64,000 nucleotides of DNA from a virus. The stretch lies in IMG/VR virus record IMGVR_UViG_3300044730_000313, positions 49,704 to 113,703 of that record. One strand, 5' to 3'. Made by a program: the position numbers and the translations under genes. The first letter of the stretch is position 1; each line of letters opens with the position of its first letter. Below the pieces are notes generated by a model. The model did no database searches. It saw nothing but the letters and a program-made list of their open reading frames with translations, and had not been told where the DNA came from. This document shows positions 27,295 to 34,829 of this stretch, in pieces.

Positions 27295-29318
27295 TATGAG
27301 AACAATTTACTTTTTTTTCTTGGGAATAATCCTCTTGATTCTGTGAATAGCTGGTTTTTCTTATTTGGTCTAAAGAATGCTTTTAATCTGTCATCTCCTG
27401 ACCCACCCACCTTTCCAAGTATGGGGTCCATTTTAAGAGCCTGTGCAATAGCTAGCTCTGCAGCCACAATACGGTCAAAGTTACCCTGATCGTTATACTG
27501 AATTATCTCTTCCAGCAGAACAGGATCAAATATCTTAGACACACCTGTCACCTCTTTAATAATGTCACCATCTTCATTCTTTTCCTGATATACAACAGCC
27601 TCCATATACTTCTTGAGACAGTTGTGCAGATAGTCTCTTATCTTATCTGCTGAGCGGTGCACTCCATACTCACGTTTGACGGTAGTACCAGGCACCACTT
27701 CTTTCAACCATTCAGGTTGTTTCTCAAGGTAGTGTGCATCTCCTTTAGCTTTCATATATTCTATAAAGGAGATGTCATCATTTTCACACAGTGTTCGTGC
27801 GTTATAATACTTGATTAGAAGTCTAGCCTGTTCTTCCCAGGTTTCCTTCTTATCAGGTCTTGCACAATACGAAGCTACGAACATATCTTGGTATTTCTCA
27901 CCAGTGATGTCGTGCATTCTCTTATAAATATATACAGACCCCAAAGATGTAGAATAGGCAGCTTGTCCTTGTCTATAAGGGTCAACTCCTGCTACATAGA
28001 GTCCGTATGGTGGGTTTTCTAAAGGAAACTCATATATCACTACAGGGGCATCCTTTAAATCACTGCTTTTCAGAGGGAAGTTGGTAATGGGTTGTTTATC
28101 TGTAAACTCATGACTAATCTTCTCTCCATCATGGAACAATATAACAGGGGTGCCTGTACGTTCTTGACCAATAAGTCTAGCTTTCTGACGTTTAGCTGCT
28201 TCTATGTCAAATATGTTGGTGTCCTCATTTAGGAAGATGTCATCCACCTCAAGTGGGTAGTACATCTTCTCTTTTAGGTAGGCCACTCTATCTCCAGCCT
28301 TTTTAAGGCGTTCTAAATTACCCTCTGTAATTTCTTTAGCCTTATCCTCATTGCTCACCAGCATCCTTACATTATGTAGGTCGCTGTCCTTGGGCTGATC
28401 TAGGAATGCTCCAAGTGTACTTTCTTCCTTAGCCTCCATTCGATATTTATACGAAATAAACAGGCCATGAATACGTTTCTCATCCTTCTCATTGTTATAC
28501 GTAAGGAAGTTAAAGTTGTCTACATCAAACATGAGGCTCTTGGCATCCATGAATCGCTTCATGTCACCACCAGTCCCAGTAAGAATTGGAGAGCACCCCC
28601 ATCCATAAGGAGTTGTAAAACCTGGCACAGCTGCCTGAAATCCTCGGAGAAAATTACCCTTACCAATCTCATCTATAATTAATTTACGGGGTTTGGTACC
28701 AGCAATAGCTTCCTCATTGTTACCCTCATCCAGGTTACGGATGAGAATCTGAGAGAAGGGTATACGTTCTCCTGATTTGGTCTTAATACCTAGGGTGACT
28801 TGGTTTTTCCAGTTATCCTCAACCCTTTGCCATCTCCATGCTTCAGGCAAAAAGTTAAGGCCCTTGTCCAGCTTATCCGTGATCAGCTTTATATCGGGGG
28901 CATTCAACCCAGCGATCACATTCTGGGAATTCTCATCAAATGTAGCGCCCCACCCTATGTAAGAAGCCTCGAGTACAGACTTGGCAAAACGTCGAATTCC
29001 TAGTATCACTAGTCCTTTCTTGTCTTGTTGAGCCCTCTCTATTTCGTTTGTCACAATCCACTCATTATCACGAAGGAGTGGGTTGGCATATTTCTGTGAT
29101 ATTCTACCACGTTCATCAATAACATCCACCTCTGTGTGCCATATGTTTAGGTGCCAGTAGAGGAAAGGGTTGATAAACACCCCGTTCATCATAGCACCGT
29201 TTAAGCATATATTCCTATGGAAGTCAAAAAAGGGTTTGTATTCTGCAGACTCACGGTCAGGAATACGCCCCTGGTTTATATACCAGTCTTTGTAATCTAT
29301 GCTTTGTATGTCACTCAT
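27294..29318 (-). CDS. terL: Terminase large subunit
   Basis: GIRRFAKS (Walker A variant), IIDEIG (Walker B), TGTGG, nuclease motifs AGVDPY and GNFDRIVA. Confidence 0.85.
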   Translation of the reverse strand: MSDIQSIDYKDWYINQGRIPDRESAEYKPFFDFHRNICLNGAMMNGVFINPFLYWHLNIWHTEVDVIDERGRISQKYANPLLRDNEWIVTNEIERAQQDKKGLVILGIRRFAKSVLEASYIGWGATFDENSQNVIAGLNAPDIKLITDKLDKGLNFLPEAWRWQRVEDNWKNQVTLGIKTKSGERIPFSQILIRNLDEGNNEEAIAGTKPRKLIIDEIGKGNFLRGFQAAVPGFTTPYGWGCSPILTGTGGDMKRFMDAKSLMFDVDNFNFLTYNNEKDEKRIHGLFISYKYRMEAKEESTLGAFLDQPKDSDLHNVRMLVSNEDKAKEITEGNLERLKKAGDRVAYLKEKMYYPLEVDDIFLNEDTNIFDIEAAKRQKARLIGQERTGTPVILFHDGEKISHEFTDKQPITNFPLKSSDLKDAPVVIYEFPLENPPYGLYVAGVDPYRQGQAAYSTSLGSVYIYKRMHDITGEKYQDMFVASYCARPDKKETWEEQARLLIKYYNARTLCENDDISFIEYMKAKGDAHYLEKQPEWLKEVVPGTTVKREYGVHRSADKIRDYLHNCLKKYMEAVVYQEKNEDGDIIKEVTGVSKIFDPVLLEEIIQYNDQGNFDRIVAAELAIAQALKMDPILGKVGGSGDDRLKAFFRPNKKNQLFTESRGLFPRKKSKLFS

Positions 29319-29650
29319 CGTCTGCTTCTAAGAAAGTCTTCAGCCATTGAGCTCAACTCTCCGTTACCTCTCACCTCCACCTTAGCTTCTTCTTTCTCAC
29401 GCAGTTTTTCTACAACCTCCAGAAGAGCAAGGTAGTTTTTCATCGTTTCTTGGATGAACTTACCCTGTGCCTCAATGGAGGCAATCACCATGGGTATCAT
29501 TCCTCCTTTAGACGTTGGTTTCCACTCTACACGGTCTTTTAGTTCGTGCAGAGGATTAGCATCCACATAAGCCTTCCAGCTTCGTAGTTGCTGCTCAGCC
29601 CAATCGAGCTCAGCATTTATGTATGTAGTTTTCTTAATAGTCTTCGCCAT
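29315..29650 (-). CDS. Hypothetical protein, possible terminase small subunit
   Basis: 111 aa, helical, overlaps the terL start; the assignment is positional only. Confidence 0.4.
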   Translation of the reverse strand: MAKTIKKTTYINAELDWAEQQLRSWKAYVDANPLHELKDRVEWKPTSKGGMIPMVIASIEAQGKFIQETMKNYLALLEVVEKLREKEEAKVEVRGNGELSSMAEDFLRSRR

Positions 29651-29915
29651 CTTGCTCTTTTAAAATGTCATCCAGATTCATGCCATCTTTTATAATCTGG
29701 TCAAGTTCACTGTCATCTGTATGAGGAACATCTAGCTCTAGCTGTGACTTATACTTGTCTAGAGCAAAAAGTATCTCTTTATCTGTCAGCCCCCATATAT
29801 CTCCATACTCATCTAGCGCTGTGGCTAGGTGTCTACCCATATTATAATTGGGATAGGCAGTGTGTAGTTGTTGGAGAAGTGTGAGTATCTGACTATAATA
29901 ACTTGCCTTTCTCAT
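29634..29915 (-). CDS. Hypothetical protein
   Basis: 93 aa, in operon. Confidence 0.55.
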   Translation of the reverse strand: MRKASYYSQILTLLQQLHTAYPNYNMGRHLATALDEYGDIWGLTDKEILFALDKYKSQLELDVPHTDDSELDQIIKDGMNLDDILKEQDGEDY

Positions 29916-29919
29916 CAGC

Positions 29920-30102
29920 TTATTTTACTATCAAGCCAGCGCTTGCAGCAGATAGCCTATCTAATCCTGGTGAAACAACACTCTTGATTAGTTTAGCTAT
30001 TTCTTCATTAGCTAGCGTTTTTACATCATCTGAAATACCTGGTGTGGCAACTAGAGCTCCTAGTTTTTCAATAACCACCCATGCTTCTACTACTGGATTC
30101 AT
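29920..30102 (-). CDS. Hypothetical protein
   Basis: 60 aa, coupled to neighbours. Confidence 0.5.
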   Translation of the reverse strand: MNPVVEAWVVIEKLGALVATPGISDDVKTLANEEIAKLIKSVVSPGLDRLSAASAGLIVK

Positions 30103-30356
30103 ATTAATTGGTTTAAATCTTCGTCATCAAGTTTTTTAGAAGGGTCAATTTCCACCTCTACGTCAAAGTTAATATCCTCTTTATCACCCTTGGTGTAATA
30201 GTCTTCCTTGATAGCAATTCCTATATTATCTTGCAGCTCGTCAGGAACTCCTATAATATCCACAAAATCAGCGCCTTTATTCCAAGCGTCTGTAAGCACC
30301 TCAATGAATAGCTTCAGAGGTATCTTCTTAAGGGTGATTTCTTGTCTATTTTCCAT
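30099..30356 (-). CDS. Hypothetical acidic protein
   Basis: 85 aa, coupled to neighbours. Confidence 0.55.
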   Translation of the reverse strand: MENRQEITLKKIPLKLFIEVLTDAWNKGADFVDIIGVPDELQDNIGIAIKEDYYTKGDKEDINFDVEVEIDPSKKLDDEDLNQLI

Positions 30357-30636
30357 TGCTTTTCATTTCTTCTTCCTGGTCTGGTGTAACCAACGCTATC
30401 CACTTTTCTAATGGACAGGCACATGAGAGGCATTTGGTTTTAGCAGACAGGGTGCACCCACAATGTGTACAATGTGCATCTGGTCTGACGCTTTTATAAT
30501 TCTTTCTGTTTCTGGAGTGGTATTCACACCCCTCACAGATGGTCAACCTTTGTTCACTCGTCTCTTTTATCGTGCTCCTCAACTTTTTGGGCGGCAGCAG
30601 GTTGTTCCTCCACCCCTCGTAAATCTGGGAAATCAT
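30346..30636 (-). CDS. Cys-rich zinc-binding protein (DUF6171-like)
   Basis: RLTICEGC..CTHCGC.L.AKT.C...CP..KW pattern. Confidence 0.6.
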   Translation of the reverse strand: MISQIYEGWRNNLLPPKKLRSTIKETSEQRLTICEGCEYHSRNRKNYKSVRPDAHCTHCGCTLSAKTKCLSCACPLEKWIALVTPDQEEEMKSNGK

Positions 30637-31012
30637 ATGTCTTTGGTTTTAAGTCTCTTATGTTATCCAGCGCTGTTTGCAGCTTTAATCCAGCTGCCCT
30701 TCTTTTGGCTTCTGGCAATGTTTCGTCCACCGCCTTCTTCTCAAACAGGGCCTTTTGGCTTAAGTATTTCTGCATGGTTTTCACTGCCTTCCCATCATTA
30801 AAAAAGAACTTCCCAAACCCACTGATTTCCAAGCTCTTGTGTTGATGTGTAGCCTCGTTAGCGCTTTGGAACTGGTGATTGACAACAGCCTCAATGGTTT
30901 TTTCACTAATCATAAGCTTTACAGCCATCTTCCTAATCAGATAGTCTTTGACAGACAGACTAATAGGCTTATCCGTGAACAAGTCTGATTTCAAGGGTGA
31001 TGTCATTGTCAA
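30554..31012 (-). CDS. HU/IHF-like DNA-binding protein (start uncertain, probably near 30982)
   Basis: IEAVVNHQF..SLEISGFGKF HU-like motif. Confidence 0.6.
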   Translation of the reverse strand: MTMTSPLKSDLFTDKPISLSVKDYLIRKMAVKLMISEKTIEAVVNHQFQSANEATHQHKSLEISGFGKFFFNDGKAVKTMQKYLSQKALFEKKAVDETLPEAKRRAAGLKLQTALDNIRDLKPKTYDFPDLRGVEEQPAAAQKVEEHDKRDE

Positions 31013-31316
31013 AGTTTAATGTGATGCGTGGATTCACCTTCACCTTTGTCCCATCCTTCACCAACACCCCCAGTTTTTTAAGCCTAGAAATGATGTTATT
31101 TATGGAGGCATTGGTGGTGCCATATCTCTCACAGAAGTCCTTGCGTATATTGGCATAAGAGATGTTGCCCCTTACAGCAGCAAAGGCTAAGAGCTGTAAT
31201 TCCCTTTGTGTCAGCTTTAAATCGTTCACAGCAGACAGAATGGTGTAATACCTCTCAGCTAGAAGGACATTATCCCCTTCTTGTTTCCTTAGCTTCTGTA
31301 ATACAATGTTCTTCAT
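30969..31316 (-). CDS. Winged-HTH DNA-binding protein
   Basis: LTQRELQLL..TTNASINNIISRLKKLGVLVKDG; first gene of the leftward arm. Confidence 0.6.
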   Translation of the reverse strand: MKNIVLQKLRKQEGDNVLLAERYYTILSAVNDLKLTQRELQLLAFAAVRGNISYANIRKDFCERYGTTNASINNIISRLKKLGVLVKDGTKVKVNPRITLNFDNDITLEIRLVHG

Positions 31317-31330
31317 AGATTTAGTTAGTA

Positions 31331-31362
31331 CAAAGATAGGAACTATTTATAACATGGTCAAA
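31331..31362 (-). promoter_or_regulatory. Bacteroidota sigma-A promoter (leftward P1)
   Basis: Consensus TTTG-N20-TATCTTTG, 14 nt upstream of the ATG at 31316. Confidence 0.75.
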
Positions 31363-31479
31363 TACAATCTTTTATGCTATTGCTATATTATGTCTTATTT
31401 CCCTTATTCCCGTCTACCAGAAGCCATAAAAAAGCTTTATATCTAAAGGATGTATAGAATAATAACCCGCCCTCCACCC

Positions 31480-31512
31480 CAAAGTTACAACATCCTTCAG
31501 ATAGGTTCCAAA
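31480..31512 (-). promoter_or_regulatory. Bacteroidota sigma-A promoter (leftward P2)
   Basis: TTTG-N21-TAACTTTG. Confidence 0.6.
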
Positions 31513-31584
31513 TTTATTTTTTGCACACGGTAGTGAAAAACGCTACCTAGCGCAAAATTTTAGTCAACCTATCCCTTGACAAAC

Positions 31585-31752
31585 ACTCCCCTATAGTAAA
31601 GCTCTAGCTTGACATTCCCCCCTACCAGGTTCCACGTGAAACAGATCCCCCCTGTTTTTTACCCCCTGGAAAAACCCCCCTATCCGTGAGGGGGGAGCTT
31701 ACTCCACACCAAGGACCGGGGGGCAATGTGCGCGGTGGGAGCCACCCCCCGT
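31585..31752. repeat. Cluster of C-runs and G-runs (putative origin/packaging/terminus region)
   Basis: Repeated C4-C6 runs followed by G6-G7 runs in an otherwise AT-rich genome, at the strand-switch point. Confidence 0.45.
31628..31643. promoter_or_regulatory. parS-like palindrome
   Basis: GGTTCCACGTGAAACA, a 15/16 match to the chromosomal parS sequence TGTTCCACGTGAAACA. Confidence 0.65.
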
Positions 31753-31798
31753 GTAATTCGTTAACAAGGAGCCACCTTGTAAAAAACTGTCGAATTTT

Positions 31799-32245
31799 AT
31801 GTCACAAGAACTGCGTGTTAAATCAGGTGTTTGGTCAGCAAAAGGCAACTTCACAGCTCGTACAGCTTATGGCCAAACTTTCTTCGTCCACAGAAACCAA
31901 ATGACCGAGTTGGGTTATGAGAACAAACAGGACGAAAGTGGGAAATGGTCTAATCCTACAGTTAAGTTCCCATTCTATGCTGTCGTAGACACAAGCATGA
32001 TTGGTCAGCTTGACAAGGATGGCAATCCTGCGGTTGGAGAAGATGGCAAGCCTGTCCAAGTTGCTCGCATCAACGCACTCTCAGTGTTCAAAGACCTCGA
32101 TGAGTTGAAAGCTTGTGCAATCGAAGAGCGTACTATTGGTTCAGACATCGAACTTGCAGTACAGCAGCACATTCGCAGCAAGGCTAGCACAGCTGGTCTC
32201 AGCGAGCAGGCTATCAGCAGCATTCTTGCTAACTCACTCGTGTAA
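31799..32245 (+). CDS. Hypothetical early protein (148 aa)
   Basis: First rightward gene, with strong codon bias and its own terminator. Confidence 0.7.
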   Translation: MSQELRVKSGVWSAKGNFTARTAYGQTFFVHRNQMTELGYENKQDESGKWSNPTVKFPFYAVVDTSMIGQLDKDGNPAVGEDGKPVQVARINALSVFKDLDELKACAIEERTIGSDIELAVQQHIRSKASTAGLSEQAISSILANSLV

Positions 32246-32253
32246 TGATTTAC

Positions 32254-32289
32254 GAAAGTGTCCTCAATCAGGGGACACTTTCTTTTATT
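32254..32289 (+). terminator. Intrinsic terminator
   Basis: GAAAGTGTCCTC-AATCA-GGGGACACTTTC followed by a T-run. Confidence 0.75.
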
Positions 32290-32520
32290 CATTATATATA
32301 TGGGTGGGTAAACATGAAATGTTGATTGGGTGGGACTATAATCGATGCACAATGTATTGATTTTGTGTGAGTTAGAGAGTGGCTGTGTAACCCATTGCAC
32401 CTTTTAGGGGGTAAAACCAGACATTGCTAATATGCATGTCTACAAAGAATATATATAGCATTAACCTAGCTAGCATATACATGGGAGAAATTTATTGTCA
32501 CATTCTATGTATGTTAACAA

Positions 32521-32642
32521 ACCAGCCACTGTATAGTCTACGGGCTAGGTGTGGAGACAGTTGAGTGTAATGGAAACTATTACTATCTATCGCCATTATG
32601 CAATATAACCAGAATGATAGTGGGCAGCCTGGGAAGACAGGC
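32521..32642 (+). ncRNA. Candidate structured RNA (class not identified)
   Basis: CCACT/AGTGG closing stem, cUACGg tetraloop hairpin, GTAATG-GAAA hairpin and terminal GCCTG-GGAAGA-CAGGC hairpin in an ORF-free region. Confidence 0.45.
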
Positions 32643-32795
32643 ATTAATGCACCATCCTAGCTTCCCAAGGGCTAGCGGTTGTAATATCCAATTGGAGGTA
32701 AAGATGCGAGTAGGACAATGCTGCCTTTAACCCAGCGAGCCCTCGATTTCAAGAACGCCAGTTCTTGTATTACAACTGAGTGCAGAGGGATATGT
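32640..32795 (+). ncRNA. Twister ribozyme (type P1-like) with large P5 insertion
   Basis: UAA + P2 UGCA/UGCA + GAGGG; P4 CUAGC/GCUAG with loop UUCCCAAGG; pseudoknots CC:GG and CCC:GGG; 11-bp P5 CGGUUGUAAUA/UAUUACAACUG. Confidence 0.7.
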
Positions 32796-32900
32796 ATAGG
32801 TGTTCATCTGTTCTACTTCATAGAATAGAGGCTTTTTGGTGATGCAAAACCATATATTTTTATCTAAATCCTTATTAATCAATCATTTAAACTAATTAAC

Positions 32901-33110
32901 ATGAAGTATTTGTTAAAGCTACTGTTCATGACAGTGGCATTCCTTGTTGTAGCACCAGGTGTATTGTTATATTGCCTGTGGCACCTTGATCTCAGCACAT
33001 TTAGAATCATGTGGTTTGATCAGAAAATGATCATTAGAGAGCCTATGTACAAATTGTTTAACATTAAAATTATGGGTTATGGCACTAAGCCTCAATCATT
33101 CAGAGCATGA
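32901..33110 (+). CDS. Small membrane protein
   Basis: N-terminal hydrophobic helix; AT-rich leader. Confidence 0.5.
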   Translation: MKYLLKLLFMTVAFLVVAPGVLLYCLWHLDLSTFRIMWFDQKMIIREPMYKLFNIKIMGYGTKPQSFRA

Positions 33111-33261
33111 TGAAGCACTCATCACCTATCCTTTGCCATTAGCTCAGGATGGGGACAAGAAACTGTGGATTATTAATAGCTGTCAAATATGGGCCTTAAA
33201 CTATGAATCAGCTCTTGAGCTGGCTTATATGGCACAATCAGCATATGAAGAGTTTTCATAA
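33079..33261 (+). CDS. Hypothetical protein
   Basis: 60 aa, followed by a terminator. Confidence 0.5.
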   Translation: MALSLNHSEHDEALITYPLPLAQDGDKKLWIINSCQIWALNYESALELAYMAQSAYEEFS

Positions 33262-33277
33262 AAGCAAGCAATCGTAC

Positions 33278-33312
33278 GGGCCTGCATTTCTATGCTGGGC
33301 CCTTTATTTTTT
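33278..33312 (+). terminator. Intrinsic terminator
   Basis: GGGCCTGCAT/ATGCTGGGCCC followed by a T-run. Confidence 0.6.
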
Positions 33313-33332
33313 AACTAATTCAATCAACAAAC

Positions 33333-33482
33333 ATGGAAAAGATAGCAAAAATAGTTGTACTAATGATTGTCCTTCTGGCAGTAATTGGTGGTCTCATGTC
33401 TTGTGCAACCAATGGATATGGGTGCAAAGGCAGAGCTAAAGAGCCTACAGGCACTGTTGGTAAGAGATGGAAAGCAATGTAA
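33333..33482 (+). CDS. Small lipoprotein (49 aa, missed by ORF track)
   Basis: MEKIAKIVVLMIVLLAVIGGLMS-C: signal peptide II with lipobox; flanked by terminators. Confidence 0.65.
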   Translation: MEKIAKIVVLMIVLLAVIGGLMSCATNGYGCKGRAKEPTGTVGKRWKAM

Positions 33483-33513
33483 GATTTGACGAGTTGGGTT
33501 ACTAAGGATGAAA

Positions 33514-33546
33514 GGACAGCCTTGAAATACAGGCTGTTCCTTTTTT
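33514..33546 (+). terminator. Intrinsic terminator
   Basis: GGACAGCCT/AGGCTGTTC followed by T6. Confidence 0.65.
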
Positions 33547-33703
33547 AACATGTCGTAAAAAGGACAAAAATACACCATAAAGTGCTTTTTATGACACATT
33601 TATATGCAACACCATCCATTTTACTGCATTTCTGCATTATTATATGCATTCTAATGCACTTTATCGCTCACTTGAACTAATTTTATCGCTTAAAATACTC
33701 ATT

Positions 33704-33988
33704 ATGGAACCTTTAAATCCAAGAGAAAGGGCTTTTATTGTCCTTCTAGCATTATGTTTAGTTTTTTTATATCAACAAGTGAACAGTGTACAACCGCTTA
33801 AACAAGCTGCTGCAGACTGTCAAACAAAACTTGATGTACAAACAAAAAGAGCTGACTCATTGGAGGTTGAGTTGTTTCCTTTAGAGACACAGCTTGGCAG
33901 ATATGAGATGGCTTTTACTATAATGGCAAGACGATATCCTAAATGTGCTGATATATACAGCATGATAATATCGGAGGAAACAGAATGA
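33704..33988 (+). CDS. Membrane-anchored coiled-coil protein
   Basis: Start reassigned to MEPLNP; TM helix followed by coiled coil. Confidence 0.55.
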   Translation: MEPLNPRERAFIVLLALCLVFLYQQVNSVQPLKQAAADCQTKLDVQTKRADSLEVELFPLETQLGRYEMAFTIMARRYPKCADIYSMIISEETE

Positions 33989-34053
33989 TAGCTAATCTTA
34001 AACGCTACGCCATGCGTAGAATAAACCTAAAGTGGTCAGATTCGACCACTTTA

Positions 34054-34392
34054 AAAACAAATAATATGGCACAACAAACAGCAGTTAATTGGTTATTGTC
34101 TGAATTGCAGATAAGACTTTTGAAAATCAAATCAGAACCTGATGGGATTGTAAGAGAAAAAATGATAAATAGTTTTCTCATTGATGCAGAACAAGCCGAA
34201 GCAATGGAGGAGGAACAGATAGTAGAGTCTTGGCATAATGGATATGCTAATCAATCTCCTATGATAGACGAAGCTAATTGTGGACAGACATACTATAACG
34301 AAACATATGGAGGGATGTCAGGGAAGTTCTGACACCACAACTTCCCCCACCAAATAACACACAAAACAAATAATATGGCACAACAAACAGCA
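34054..34392 (+). repeat. 30-bp direct repeat (34054-34083 and 34363-34392)
   Basis: AAAACAAATAATATGGCACAACAAACAGCA, exact in both copies. Confidence 0.9.
34066..34332 (+). CDS. Small early protein, MAQQTA..YYNETY family copy 1
   Basis: Start reassigned to ATG 34066, which shares its leader with the paralogue. Confidence 0.65.
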   Translation: MAQQTAVNWLLSELQIRLLKIKSEPDGIVREKMINSFLIDAEQAEAMEEEQIVESWHNGYANQSPMIDEANCGQTYYNETYGGMSGKF

Positions 34393-34608
34393 ATGCAGAC
34401 ATTTATTGCTTGGGGTGACGAGATGTTACTAAAGCACCCACAAAAGATTTTATCTTTCGGAGAAGCAATAGATAAAGCTGTTGAGTTATTACAAATGGAG
34501 AAGGAGCATATAGTTGAAGCATTCTATGAAGGAATGAAAACAAACCCATTTGACCCTAATAGAGGTAGAGGAACAATGTATTACAACGAAACCTATAAAA
34601 AACAGTAA
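34375..34608 (+). CDS. Small early protein, MAQQTA..YYNETY family copy 2
   Basis: Paralogue of the previous gene (MEKEHIVEA vs MEEEQIVES). Confidence 0.65.
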   Translation: MAQQTAMQTFIAWGDEMLLKHPQKILSFGEAIDKAVELLQMEKEHIVEAFYEGMKTNPFDPNRGRGTMYYNETYKKQ

Positions 34609-34609
34609 T

Positions 34610-34828
34610 ATGGTAGGAACAATCTTCAGAAAACACGTAGAAAGACATGAAATGGGCACTGCTGGTAAGTCTATGTATCAAGACTGGAAGGTGGTGGCTG
34701 ATTTGGGTAATGATATCTACAGCTGTGTACGCGTAGATAATACACAAGATCCAATGGGTGCAGCTAGTCCTCAAAAGCGTACATTTAGAGGGTCTGACAT
34801 TCAAAAACACCTCAAAAACAAGCAGTGA
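34610..34828 (+). CDS. Hypothetical protein
   Basis: Start reassigned to MVGTIF, 1 nt after the upstream stop. Confidence 0.55.
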   Translation: MVGTIFRKHVERHEMGTAGKSMYQDWKVVADLGNDIYSCVRVDNTQDPMGAASPQKRTFRGSDIQKHLKNKQ

Positions 34829-34829
34829 T

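Noticed and set aside
31686-31904. 72-aa ORF through the G/C-run hub, and other short antisense ORFs in the track
   Set aside because: Atypical composition, no leader, and overlap with better-supported genes.
32521-32642. Cobalamin riboswitch (AGCCACTG..GGGAAG, and the phage has a B12-dependent RNR)
   Set aside because: The B12 box and upstream GGGAA..CCC core are not in the right order or spacing, and the element is 24 kb from nrdJ.
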